From positions 15,658,150 through 15,722,149 of the forward strand of contig NC_134026.1 in assembly GCF_964204645.1 (NCBI RefSeq): a stretch of DNA of 64,000 bases, read 5' to 3'. The position numbers were made by a program, and so were the translations under genes. Each line of letters opens with the position of its first letter. Within the stretch, counting starts at the first letter, position 1. Below are positions 39,145 through 52,249 of this stretch, piece after piece. Source of the stretch: Tubulanus polymorphus (taxonomy: Eukaryota; Animalia; Nemertea). The notes beneath the pieces were generated by a model. That model did not search any database and had not been told where the DNA came from. It saw nothing but the letters and a program-made list of their open reading frames with translations.

Positions 39145-40392
39145 ATGAGTGGGAGTTATATAAGACCTTCTAAGATTTCTAGAATATCTAATGCTATTAA
39201 AGCAGAAAGATCACATCATATAATTACACATAATCCTTCAAATATTAATCCCGATGAAACTTTATATGTTAGAATTCCTAGATTAACACAAAATACTTTT
39301 TATGTTCCAAATAGTACTTATTTATCAGCCGATATAAAAGTAACTGGTCATGATAATAATTATGTTGTTGATAATGTTGGGAGATATTTGATTAAAAAAT
39401 TAACTATAAAGATTGGTCCAGAAACAGTTTTCTCATTAGATGATTATAATTCATTTATGCATTATAAAGATTTATGGTTAACTAAAGAAAATAGAAATAA
39501 TATGATATTTCAGGGTATTCAATCGGAAAACCATAATAAATTAAGATCTGAAGCCAATAATGCAGTAGTAACTAATGCTGTAGATAATTTGATAAAAAAG
39601 ATTTATGGAAGCAAATATAAAATTCCTTTAGACTTTGAATTGATAAATAATAATGCACCTTTATATAAATATGTAAGTCAAGAAGATATTATATTTGAGA
39701 TAACATTTGCTCCTGTAAATGAAATTGTATTATCTAGCGTTGTTAAAGATATGGGTTATAAATTATCAAATATATGATTAGAATATGACACAGTAACTAA
39801 TGAAAATATTGCTAGCACAATTCAAACTCAATACAATCAAGGATTTTCATTATTATATGATTATATTGATAAATTTAAAACTGTAACTATTAATGCAAAT
39901 GATGAAATAATTAATGAGAATATTAACTTCCCAAGAAGATCTATTAAAGGTATATTAATATTTTTTACCATTGCAACATATTCTAATGGTGCAATTAAGG
40001 TAGATAATTATTATAATCATGAAATAACAAAAGTAGAAATAACTATCGAAGGAATAGCAAATAAAATATTTTGTCAAGGAATGAGAATGATAGATCAGTG
40101 GCCAGAAATTAGAAAACATTTTATGAATGAAAAAGTAAAATCATTTGAAAATTGTAATATTTATCAAATTGATTATTATACCGGCAATAAATATGCATTA
40201 TGGTTAGATTTTAGAACAACAGAGGATAATTCATTACATGGTTCTGGGAAAAAACTACAGAACACAAAAGATGGAATACAATTATTCATGAAAAAGAAAA
40301 AAGGAAGCTTAAATTTTAAAATGCATATTTATATTATATCTGACGCACAATTAAATATTGTAAATTCACAATTAGATAGTATTCAATATTAG
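39145..40392 (+). pseudogene. Major capsid protein (double jelly-roll, inferred); one internal TGA at 39775-39777
   Basis: ~415 codons in one frame. ITHNPSNINPDETLYVRIPRL, YKDLW..QGI, LEYDTV, ALWLDFR..DNSLHGSG resemble Maverick MCPs. Lies next to the integrase and ATPase. Confidence 0.75.
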
Positions 40393-40422
40393 AAATATAA
40401 AGTTAAAATTAACGATATATAA

Positions 40423-41547
40423 ATGGGCGGTAAAAAAAACTCCTAATACTAAAGAACAATATTTAAGAAATTTATATTACAACCCTGAGAGTTCGGTTGC
40501 TTATTCTTCTACTAAAAATATATGGCGTCAAGTAAAACAACATAAATTATATAAGATAATCCCACAAAATTTAGTTAAATATAAAGATATAAATGAATTT
40601 ATGTTAGAACAACCAACATACAAAACACATAAAAAATTTGTTAGAAAATATAAAACACGTAAAACTATGGTAAGTTATGTAGATCAACAGTGGCAAGGAG
40701 ATTTAATTCATATGAAAAATGTTAAGAAAGATAATGATGATTATTGGTGGATATTGAATATAATTGATATTTTTAGTCGTTATGTATGGAGTTTCCCACT
40801 TTATAGAAAAGATCCTGTACAAACATCAAATGTTTTAAGAAAATTTCTTTCGGATGACAAACTAAAACCAGAAAAAATACAATTTGATGATGGAAAAGAG
40901 TTTGATAATTCACTTGTTCATGAACTCTTAGATAATCATAATATTAAATATTTTTCAACAAAATCGGATAAAAAAGCAGCAGTTGTTGAACGATTTAATA
41001 GAACATTAAGAACAAGAATGTGGAAATATTTTACAGCAAATAATACTTTTAAATGGATTGATGTTTTACCAAAATTGATAGAAGGATATAATAATTCTTA
41101 TCATTCTTCTATTGGAATGAAACCTATTGATGCTAGAAAACCTGAAAATGCTGAAATTGTTTGGAATAATTTATATGGAGCATTTCTTGTAGAGGATTTT
41201 GGTGAACCTAAATTTAAAGTTGGTCAAAATGTTAGAATCTAAGTATAAAAAGATATTTGACAAAGGATACGATCGAAATTTTACTAGGGAAATATATAAA
41301 ATAAAAAAGGTAATAACAACAAAACCATATGTCTATAAATTAGAAGATTTAGATGGTGAAGACGTTGATGGCTACTTTTACGAAGAAGAATTAAGTTTAA
41401 CTTCTGAAAATCTAGAACAAGAATATAAAATTGAAAGCATTAAAAACAAAAACTATTAAAAGAAAAAAATATTCTTTAGTAAAATGGGTTGGATGGCCAG
41501 ATAAAGTTAATGAATGGATATTATCAAGTAAAATTAAAAATATATAA
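40423..41547 (+). pseudogene. Retroviral-like (rve) integrase with C-terminal chromodomain, frameshifted
   Basis: LYYNPES, WQGDL, IDIFSRY, DDGKEF, KAAVVERFNRTL, KFKVGQNVRI/SK..FDKGY, LVKWVGWPDK..EWI. Confidence 0.92.
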
Positions 41548-42156
41548 ATGAATAAGGAATTATTTATATTTGAGCCTCATAATATGTTAATTTCTGGCGT
41601 AACAAATTGTGGAAAAACTTATTTTATATTAAATTTATTAGAAACTGTTTATAAAAACTATTTTGATAATATAGTATTATTTTGTCCAACATATGAAATT
41701 AATCAAACTTATGATAGAAATATTACTAGAAATAATAAATTTATTATATTAGATCCTAAAACAGTAAAAGAAAATTTAGATAATTGTATTAAAATAGCAA
41801 TTGATATTTATAAAGGATCAAATACATTATTCATTATAGATGATTGTGCTAATCTACATGATTCAAAAGTTAGAGAGAGTGAGTTATGCTATTTAGCTTT
41901 TTCTGGCAGACATTTTGGGATAACAACTTGGGTTTTAAATCAAAAATATAATTCAATTGTTAAAGACTTTAGAGAAAACATTAGATTTCTAGTTTTATTC
42001 TACAATAAAGATAGAAAATCGATGAAAAATGCACTTGAGGAAAATGATATTATTCCACATGATTTACATAATGAATATATGGATAAGTTGAAAAATATTA
42101 AAAGATCAAAATTACTATTTAGATTACAACACCCATTTAAATATGAATTTATTTAA
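41548..42156 (+). CDS. A32/FtsK-like DNA packaging ATPase
   Basis: Walker A GVTNCGKT, Walker B LFIIDD, GRHFGIT..LNQ, FRENI. Intact ORF. Confidence 0.9.
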   Translation: MNKELFIFEPHNMLISGVTNCGKTYFILNLLETVYKNYFDNIVLFCPTYEINQTYDRNITRNNKFIILDPKTVKENLDNCIKIAIDIYKGSNTLFIIDDCANLHDSKVRESELCYLAFSGRHFGITTWVLNQKYNSIVKDFRENIRFLVLFYNKDRKSMKNALEENDIIPHDLHNEYMDKLKNIKRSKLLFRLQHPFKYEFI

Positions 42157-42432
42157 ATTCAACTAGCTTGTTAATCTAGTTGAATTCTAGTTACATTCTA
42201 GTTGAATTCTAGTTATTGGTAGTTGTAATAAAAATCAACTAGATTTAACAATATTTTAACTAGCTTGTTAATCTAGTTTAATTCTAGTTACATTCTAGTT
42301 GAATTCTAGTTGTTAGTAGTTGGAACAAAAATCAACTAGATTTAACAAGAAATAAACAAAAACAACAATATTTCAACTAGCTTGTTAATCTAGTTGAATT
42401 CTAGTTGCATTCTAGTTGAATTCTAGTTGCAA
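42157..42432. repeat. Three ~100-115 bp tandem units rich in CTAG/GAATTC palindromes
   Basis: AACTAGCTTGTTAATCTAGTT(G/T)AATTCTAGTT.CATTCTAGTTGAATTCTAGTT occurs three times. Confidence 0.85.
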
Positions 42433-42460
42433 CAACACAACTAATTTATTTGTTATATAA

Positions 42461-43051
42461 ATGGGAGGTGAAAAGAAAATAAAATCTAAAAATGGTGATG
42501 TTCCAATTGAAAAAACTTTAGATGATTTAGGAATAACAGAAAACAAATTAATTCCAGATGATGGTGCTTTAAATAATGTTACAACAAATAATAATTATGA
42601 ATATTATTTTTATTGTAAACATCAATTAGAAATATTAATAGCATCTGGAAAATGTAAATATTTTATCGGTAAAAATTTAACTTATAATGAATTAGATACA
42701 ATGAAATCAGATGAAATTATTAGATTATTTAAGATTTATGAAGCCGCGAGAACAGCTAGAATTAATGACGCGATATCAGAAAATGTAGTAAAAGGTTATA
42801 GTAAATTATGTAATTATATACTACCAATTGAAGATGAAAATAGATTATATTCCGATTTAAAAAATGATTATTTAGTTATGACCGAATTAAATAAATGGAT
42901 TGGATATTCATCATTTCAATTAGGTGGATTTATGACATTATCATCAACTGGAGTTATAACATTTTCAAATATTGAAAGTAAAAATATTTCTATAATAAAT
43001 GAACAAGGTGGAAGAAGTGAAGAAAAAACCGAGATCACAGAAACAAATTGA
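42461..43051 (+). CDS. Maverick hypothetical protein (196 aa)
   Basis: Intact ORF with TAAATG start, within the gene cluster. Confidence 0.65.
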   Translation: MGGEKKIKSKNGDVPIEKTLDDLGITENKLIPDDGALNNVTTNNNYEYYFYCKHQLEILIASGKCKYFIGKNLTYNELDTMKSDEIIRLFKIYEAARTARINDAISENVVKGYSKLCNYILPIEDENRLYSDLKNDYLVMTELNKWIGYSSFQLGGFMTLSSTGVITFSNIESKNISIINEQGGRSEEKTEITETN

Positions 43052-43357
43052 ATGGTCTCGGCAATTAGGAATTAAATCACAAGAATATAAAAAAGCTGTA
43101 AAAGAAAAAATAAGTAATAAAAATTTTAATAAAAATGGTGAAAATATTGTTATTTCTACTCCTTCTAATAATAGAATATTTGATAAATGTCTATATTTAC
43201 ATATACAGTTGGATTTGTAATTGTATTCATTTTGATTGGGTGTAATTGGTATAAGAAATCAAATAAAATTCATGATATTAATAATTCTGAAACAACTGCT
43301 ATCAAAAATGAAAATACTTCTGAAATTCCAAAATTGACAATACAAAAAATGGATTAA
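42999..43357 (+). pseudogene. Small basic protein with TM segment, frameshifted
   Basis: TAAATG start, KKPRSQKQIEWSRQLG. A hydrophobic segment continues in another frame after ~43200. Confidence 0.5.
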
Positions 43358-44859
43358 TATTTTAGAAAAAAAAAAAAAAAAATTGAATATCTCACTACTT
43401 TTGTCTATCTATGCGGAGCAATTAAATTGTCCAGATAAGTCATTTCGGATTCTAGATATTCATTATTTTTATTAATTTATCTTGTTTTTACTTGAATATT
43501 GTATTACAGTCGTTTCTTATTATTAGTTTTTTCTTAAATTGAAAGATGGCAGCACTGGGTGTGATGCTAAAATGAATATTTGAATTTGAATTTGTTAATC
43601 AATTAACATGGTAATTGATTACTAATTTGATTTAAAATTTTATCATAATTAAGTTAAAAATCCATAATTCATTTATCAGTTTTCATTCCTATATTCTTTT
43701 CATTCGGAATAATTCATAATTTCAAATTTCACATATTTCTTTAGTAAACACCAACAACATTTGCTTAGGGTCGCGGGGGTGTAAGTAGAAATGACGGGGG
43801 ATAAGCGTCCCGTGGCGCCTTTCAATAAGGGGATGCTTATCCCCTGAAAACTCTGTAGGTCGAGGATAGGGCAATTTTGCTAAAACTTACCTTAAAAACA
43901 CCGAAATATTCCTTTTAATCACGAGAGAGAATGTATCCTCTGTGTGTTGTATGTACTGCGTGCTTATTATATAACTGCTAGCTATCCAATATAACAACAA
44001 CGTTGAATTGCAACACCTGTTTGATCGATCAATGTTCAAATGAAGCACTCTCTTATAATAACATGTAACAGATGTTTGACTGGTACGATTGTAGTTGTTC
44101 GTAAAACGACTATGGTCATTTTTAGATATTCATTATTTTAATTTTTTATTTAATCAACAATTTCTAAATCATGATGACCGTCTTCATTTTCCCCATGATA
44201 GATTATTTTAAATCCTTCTAAATCTTTTAATTCCTCTGTACTCAATGAAACCCATTTATCAGGTAAAAACACTTTAAATTCTCGCGATGTACCAACATTA
44301 CAGTAGCTTAAATTCGCTGATACTTTCTCTCCATATTTAGTTTTTATCTTTTCTAATTTCAATATTTTATGTTCAATTTCTTTTGTAACATCAATTAACT
44401 TTTTTATTAGGGTTTTCTGTTATTTCACAGAAAACCCTATTGATATCCGCGTGATTATTATTAGGGTTTTCTGTTATTTCACAGAAAACCCTATTGATAT
44501 CCGCGTGATTATTATTATTATTATTTTCTTCCACACTATTTTTACCAAAAGAACATAGGCTTTGTTACCTTACCGCTGTTTCATATACAATCCATATAAT
44601 ATCGTTCAGCTCACTGAGATCTACAAATAGCCCGCGTGTTTTTTCACGAATCATCGTTACAAAAGCGCTGTCGGGCCGTAAAAATTTACATGTTTTTACA
44701 TGGGCGACATGTTTTTCGAGTCGTCATCCCGAAATCAACCCGCAGGCCGACTGTCACTTCGATTATCAATTCAAGTATAAATGAACTAATTTATTGCCGT
44801 AGACTTCACATTCAGTCGCGGTCTTCAAACCGTATTATTTCAACTCACGATTGCATCAT

Positions 44860-47800
44860 TCCGCGACAATTCAATATTTTGGTTTTGTCGCCCGCAACAA
44901 TTCATTATTTTGGTTTTATCGCCCGCGACAATTCAATATTTTGGTTTTATCGCCCGCGATAATTCATTAATTTGGTTTTATCGCCCGGGACAATTCAATA
45001 TTTTGGTTTTGTTGCCCGCGATAATTCATTATTTTGGTTTTATCGCCCGCGACAATTCAATATTTTGGTTTTATCGCCCACGACAAATCATTATTTTGGT
45101 TTTATATTTTGTTTTTATCACCCGTGCCAATTTTTTTTTGGTTTTGTCGCCCGCGACAATTCAATATTTTGGTTTTATCGCCCGCGACAATTCATTATTT
45201 TGGTTTTGTCGCCCGCGATAATTCATTAATTTTGTTTTATCGGCCGCGACAATTCATTATTTTGGTTTTATTGCCCGCGACAATTCATTATTTTGGTTTT
45301 GTCGCCCGAGACAATTCATTATTTTGGTTTAATCGCCCGCGACAATTCAATATTTTGGTTTTATCGCCCGCGATAATTCATTATTTTGGTTTTATCGCCC
45401 GCGACAATTCAATATTTTGGTTTTATCGCCCACGACAATTCATTATTTTGGTTTTATATTTTGTTTTTATCACCCGTGCCAATTTTTTTTGGTTTTGTCG
45501 CCCGCGACAATTCAATATTTTGGTTTTATCACCCGCGACAATTCATTATTTTTGTTTTGTCGTCCCGACAATTCTTTTTTTTGGTTTTTTCGCCCGCAAC
45601 AATTCAATATTTTGGTTTAGTCGCCCGCGACAATTCAATATTTTGGTTTAGTCGCCCTCGACAATTCAATATTTTGGTTTTGTCGCCCGCGATAATTCAT
45701 TAATTTTGTTTTATCGGCCACGACAATTCAATATTTTGGTTTTATCGCCCGCGACAATTCATTATTTTGGTTTTATTGCCCGCGACAATTCATTATTTTG
45801 GTTTTGTCGCCCGAGACAATTCATTATTTTGGTTTAATCGCCCGCGCCAATTCAATATTTTGGTTTTATTGCCCGCGATAATTCATTATTTTGGTTTTAT
45901 CGCCCGCGACAATTCAATATTTTGGTTTTATCGCCCACGACAATTCATTATTTTGGTTTTATATTTTGTTTTTATCACCCGTGCCAATTTTTTTTTTGGT
46001 TTTGTCGCCCGCGACAATTCAATATTTTGGTTTTGTCGCCCGCGATAATTCATTATTTTGGTTTTATCGCCCGCGACAATTCATTATTTTGGTTTTGTCG
46101 CCCGCGACAATTCATTATTTTGATTTTGTCACCCGCGACGATTCAATATTTTGTTTTTGTCGCCCGAGACGATTCATTAGTTTGGTTTTATTGCCCGCGA
46201 CGATTCAATATTTTTGTTTTATCGCCCGCGACCATTCATTAGTTTGGTTTTATCACCCGCGACAATTCATTAGTTTGGTTTTGTCGCCCGCGACAATTCA
46301 TTAGTTTGGTTTTGTCGCCCGCGACAATTCAATATTTTGGTTTTGTTGCCCGCGACAATTATTTTTCAGTCCACTTGGGACTTTAGTCCCAGCGGGCTAT
46401 TGCGTTCACTTTTCGTCCGTCCGGCCGTCCATAGACGGAATCCAGTTATTTTGGGAAGTTTTGAAGACGCTTCAAGGTAATGTCTTGATATTTGGTTTAT
46501 ACATGTATCTACCCTAGACACATCGTCAGCCCAAAAACTGGCCCTGTCAGATTCAAGATGGCCGACTGGCAGCCATTGTTGTTTGCCAAAATCAGCACTT
46601 TTTAAACATTTTCGAAGTTTTCGTGGGAAATTTTGAAGACGCTTTGATCAATTACCTTGATCTTTCGTTTATATTTGAATCTACCAAAGGCCCATCAGCA
46701 TAAGAAAATTGGGTCGATCTGACTCAAGATGGCCGTCCTATGACCTTTTTAGTGCCCAAAAATGTCAATTTTGGCCAGAATTCTAGGTCCTATAGCTTCC
46801 TACTGGTTTGCCATTTCTCATTGCAATTGCTGATGGATATTCTTTAGAGAGGGATTTATACCTGGGACAGGTATTTTTGATCAGCCAATTATGACGCAAT
46901 TGGCGGCCATCTTGGTGTCATCAGTACTCATTCGTAGGTGGGAAAAAGTTTTTCCACAATTAATTGATACCTAAGCATATTGTGTTACTATATTCAATTG
47001 GAAAGTTGTAGCCCATAACGTGTTCTATGATTTTGGTGAGTTTCAAGGTCATTGGCTTTTGTATGTGGCCATCAGGGGGCGTTGAATAATACAATAACTT
47101 AGTATCGCTATATTATATTTGTACCAAGGCATATTTTGTTACCATGATCAATGGCAAAGTTGTAGTTCATGACATCGTCTATGATTGTGGTGAGTTTTTA
47201 AGGACATTAGTTATTCCATATAGTCACCAGGGGGGCGTTGAATAGTAGAAAAGCTTAGTTTTTCCTTATTAGATTGGTACCTAGGCATAGTTTGTTACCA
47301 TGATTCATTGCAAAGTTGTAGTTCATGACATCGTCTATGATTGTGGTGAGTTTTTAAGGACATTAGTTATTCCATATAGTCACCAGGGGGCGCTGAATAG
47401 TAGAATGGCTTAGTATTTCCTTATTAGATTGGTACCTAGGCATATTTTGTTACTATGATCAATTGCAAAGTTGTATTTCATGACATGTACTACGATTGTG
47501 GTGAGTTTTAAGGTCATTGGGTTTTGCATATGGTCACCGGGGGGCGTTGAATAGTAGAATAACTTAGTAGTTCCATATTAAATTGGTAACGAGGCATATT
47601 TTGTTATCACAATCATTTACAAAATCATAGCTGCTCACATGTTCTATGATTGTGGAAGGTTTCAAGGTCATTGGTTTTTGTATATGGTCACTAGAGGGCG
47701 TTATGTATTTAAATTGTTAGATTGTTGAGCATTTGAAAGCACTGCCCAAGTGAGCATGGTGTCCCTGGACCCCTAGTTTGGTTTTGTCGTCCGCGACAAT

Positions 47801-49010
47801 TCATTATTTTGGTTTTATCGCCTGCAAAAATTCAATATTTTGGTTTTATCGCCCGCGACAATTCATTAGTTTGGTTTTATCGCCCGCGACAATTCATTAG
47901 TTTGGTTTTGTCGCCCGCGACAATTCAATATTTTGGTTTTATCACCCGCAACAATTCATTAGTTTGGTTTTATCGCCCGCGACAATTCATTTTTTGGATT
48001 TGTCGCCAACGACAATTCAATATTTTGGTTTTATCGCCCGCGACAATTCATTATTTTGGTTTTATCGCCCGCGACAATTTTTTTTCTTTTTGTCGCGGTT
48101 TTATCGCCTGCGACACTTCAATATTTTGGTTTTATCGCCCACGACTATTCATTAGTTTGGTTTTGTCGCCTGCGACAATTGAATATTTTGTTTTTGTCTC
48201 CCGCGACAATTCATGATTTTGGATTTGTCGCCCGCGACAATTCAATATTTTGGTTTTATCGCCAGCGACAATTCATTATTTTGGTTTTATCGCCCGCGAC
48301 AATTCATTATTTTGGTTTTATCGCCTGCGACAATTCATTAATTTGGTTTTGTCACCCGCGACAAAACAATATTTTGGTTTTGTCGCCCACGACAATTGAA
48401 TATTTTGGTTTTGTTGTCCGTGACAATTCATTATTTTGGTTTTATCCCCCGCGACAATTCATTTTTTTGGTTTTGTCGCCCGCGACAATTCAATATTTTG
48501 ATTTTATCGCCAGCGACAATTGATTATTTGGGTTTTATCGCCCGCGACAATTCATTAGTTTGGTTTTGTCGCCCGCGACAATTGAATATTTTGGTTTTAT
48601 CGCCCGCGACAATTCATTTTTTTGGTTTTATCGTCTGCGACAATTTATTATTTTGGTTTTATCACCCGCGACAATTGAATATTTTGTTTTTGTCGCCCGC
48701 GACAATTCATGATTTTGGTTTTATCGCCCGCGACAATTCATTTTTTTGGTTTTATCGTCTGCGACAATTTATTATTTTGGTTTTATCGCCCACGACAATT
48801 CATTAGTTTGGTTTTGTTGTCCGTGACAATTCATTATTTTGGTTTTATCGCCCGCGACAATTCATTTTTTTGGTTTTGTCGCCCGCGACAATTCAATATT
48901 TTGATTTTATCGCCAGCGACAATTGATTATTTTGGTTTTATCGCCCGCGACAATTGATCATTTTGGTTTTATCGCCCGCGACAATTAATTTTTTTGGTTT
49001 TGTCGCCTAC
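44860..49010 (+). repeat. 31-bp tandem satellite (TTGGTTTTATCGCCCGCGACAATTCATTATT), interrupted at 46362-47778
   Basis: Dozens of head-to-tail units are directly visible. Confidence 0.95.
46362..47778 (+). mobile_element. HINE-like element, family B, with an internal ~148-bp tandem array (~46960-47710)
   Basis: Same termini as 28777-30208 and 56558-59003; about five internal units. Confidence 0.8.
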
Positions 49011-49097
49011 ATTATTAGCTTTTGAATAATTAGGCCAATTAATAACGTAATAAAGACTTATGCTTTCGCCTATTTTGAAGTCGATTAATCTGATATA

Positions 49098-49515
49098 GTA
49101 CGGAAGCGATAAAGGGCCTCGAGTCGTCGCGTTCAAACTCGACAAGTCGCCATATTTATGTCGATATATCGCGATATATCGTGTCAAGTCCACATGAATA
49201 TGTCTACATATCGTGACGTTTTCACGACAAATTTCGCTTATTTGCTCATTTTCCACGGGACAAGCCGTCATTTGAAGACATGTCTAAATGTAAGATGAGG
49301 ACGCCAGTAATATGACGACTGAGTTTCAAGTCGTCATGAATATGTCGACTTGTCGCGAGGAAAATGGTTGAGAAAACGAAATATGTCGTCAAAACGTCAC
49401 GATATATCGACATATTCATGTCGACTTGACGCGATATATCGCATCAAGTCGACAATAATATGGCGACTTGTCGAGTTGGAACTCGTCATCTCGAGGCCCC
49501 TTATCGCTTCCGTAG
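49098..49515. mobile_element. Foldback MITE; partial second copy at ~49610-49745
   Basis: Long TIRs TACGGAAGCGATAAAGGGCCTCGAG.. / ..CTCGAGGCCCCTTATCGCTTCCGTA, flanked by ATATA on both sides. Confidence 0.7.
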
Positions 49516-52249
49516 ATATAGTGTCGAATATTAAGGTCATTTTGGCAGATCCCTTTTTTTTAAAGTGATATTAAAGCGATCATTTAAGTGATCCTACTTA
49601 ATGAAAGATCTACGGAAGCGATAAAGGGCCTCGAGTTGTTGCGTTCCAACTCGACAAGTCGCCATATTTATGTCGATATATCGCATCAATTCGACATGAA
49701 TATGTCGACATATCGTGACGTTTTGACGACTTGAAACTCAGTCCTCATCTTTCAACAACGCCAGTCACATGGAGTCGTACGTGTTCTACTTTCTGCGACG
49801 CGACACGACTGTCACAACCAACCGACGCGCTCTTGCGACTGGCAGAAACTAGTCGCACACAATCGTATTGCAAGTGACTTGCATCGAATTTTGCGATGCA
49901 ACGCGAGGATCGCATCGTGTGACAAGAACAACCTACGTCTGGCTTTAAGTTACTGCGGAGCACCAGAAATATCTTTTTTTTTCGTTCAAAAGACCTTTCG
50001 CTTGAAAATTCTTTCGTCGGAACAAAATTTATTTCGTTCGAACCAATAATATTCTATACAATTGAACCAGTTTGAAAAAATCGTTAGAACAAAGTTGAAC
50101 AAACTTTTTTCTGTCCAAACGAAAGGTTTTTCGTTCGAACAATCATTCAATTGAACAGAATCGTTTTAATTTGAACAGAATTTTCTTGTCAGAACATTAA
50201 GTTATTCGTTCGAACAAGTATATTGAAAAAAGTTTTTTCTCCGAACCGAAAGTATTAAGTATTTCGTTCAATCGAACAGAATTGTTTTCATTCAAACATT
50301 CGTTCGAAAAAAATTGTTTTCGCTCAACCAAATTCTTTTTCATTTCAACAATAACATAGCTTTTTATTCGAACACATTTTTGTCAGAATGAAGAAAATTT
50401 TTGGTTCAAGCAAAAAGCGTATTGTTTGATCAAACAGAATTATTTTCATTCGAACAAGATTTTCTTGTTGGAACATTAAGTTTTTTGGTCGAACAGCGTG
50501 TTAAGGTCGATTTGGAAATTTACTCGGTCTGGTATATGTTGGATTACTGTGTATGCCATTTGCCAGGACAATAAACAGAAGACAACTTAGGATACTACCT
50601 TGCGTGACTCCACTAGTTTGACCGACTTATTCCAAGATGAGGCGTTCCGTTGATATCAGCTACAAGTTTTCGTTCAGAGATAACTGCTGAGCCATTTGCG
50701 CGACCTATCATTGAAACTGTTTCCTAATAGCCTGTTAAGTAATGGCTGATGTTGTGCCTTATCAAATGCTTCGTCAAAATCCACCGTTGAACAGGATTCA
50801 AAGACTGTGCAGAAAACCCGTTATCGCTGCTTTGCAGCTATATTTTCAAATTGTTTTTTTGCTGGTTTTATTCTTTTGGTTTTTATTTATTGTTGCTAAG
50901 AATGCTTTTCTATCTCCCATTTATTAGGGGAAAAATTACTTGTGGTGATGAGTGGTGTCTCGCCCTCTCGCCCTCTGATCTGAAACCCACATCTTCCAAT
51001 TACTTACAATCACTTTTGAAAAATGAAAATTCACATAAATCATTATTTTTACACTTACGTTATTGCCCTTTTAGAGAATGCCATGTATTATTTTTCAGAA
51101 TACAAGAAAAAAGGTTTATCCCAGACATTCCGAATGAAATATCATTCAAAGATGTGGGAATTCAACGTAATTTAGACGATAAAATCGAAAGACCTAAATA
51201 TGAACCTAATGAAGAATCGTTATGTAATTGTGGAAAATATTATACTCGAAGCAATAAATCACATCATCTTAAATCAAAATATCATAACTCAAAAATAATA
51301 ATTCAACCCTAAATATTCAGAATAAGTTATTTCAAATTAGTTATCAATCGTTTAATTTTTTTTCTTGAATAAATGAATGAGAATGATTTCAGCATTCCAA
51401 CTGGAAAAAGTGATTTCAAAGACTATCTTGTAGCAGGAGGTTCAATATTGGCTGTACTTTTATTATGAAAATATCAGTGAGGATTTGATGAATGAAAATA
51501 TGAAATTAAGTTGGAAAAATTAAATGGAAATAATCATAAAAATAATAAAAAGAATAAAAAAGTTAATTTAGAAAATGTTTTAGAGGATTAAGACAGTATC
51601 TTTTAATTTAATTTATTTTACCCATTTTAACCATAAAAATGAGTGAAAATATATTAAATTTATTACATCTTATTTACAGAAATCAAGAGCGCATTAAGTT
51701 AATTATAATGATATCTGGAATGGTTTCATTTTCAATTTAATCATTAAAACAGTTATTGGATTTCTATGATAATTGCAAAATTAGATACGCTGAATTAAAA
51801 GATAATGTCAATAACATTTCAGATAGAATAAATAATATCAAATGCTGTGAAATTTGTAATAAAAAGTATTAAAATGATAAGAGTTTAAGAAATCACCGAT
51901 ACATTCACGAACAAAATGATAAATTATATGAATCAAATTAAGTTTTTTAATTCATTCATATATGATATTGTAATTCTTTACGCATACTAAGTCAGCTGGT
52001 TTATTGTTTTTCTTATTGATTTCTAGTCAAATGTAAAGGAATTTAGTGTTAATAAGAATTGAATAGATTCAATTAGAATTATAATAAGTTTCCTTAACAA
52101 CACTAACTTATTCAATTCTATTGTTTTTCTAATTGAATCTATTTAAAATATTATGTAATCCACTTAGCAAATAGAAACAATAGCTAGTGCTGAATAAAGA
52201 ATATGATATTCATCTGATAGATTTTATATATTACTATAAAAATAAAATA

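Larger units (their letters stand above)
44402..50846 (+). mobile_element. HINE-like element, family A, carrying a satellite array and nested inserts
   Basis: 5' TTATTAGGGTTTTCTG..CAGAAAACCCTATT (duplicated) and (ATT)n; 3' CAGAAAACCCGTTATCGCTGCTTTGCAGCTATATTT. Confidence 0.8.
44150..50920 (-). pseudogene. Small Maverick accessory gene (~110 aa) split by a 6.4-kb HINE
   Basis: MGDRKAFLATINK.. (TAAATG start at 50920) rejoins KLIDVTKEIEHKILKLEKIKTKYGEKV..FKVFLPDKW after removing 44402-50846 and one homopolymer base. Confidence 0.6.

Noticed and set aside
44910-48957. Many overlapping repetitive ORFs, and a possible CRISPR-like array
   Set aside because: Translations of a 31-bp head-to-tail satellite. 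There are no unique spacers and no cas genes.
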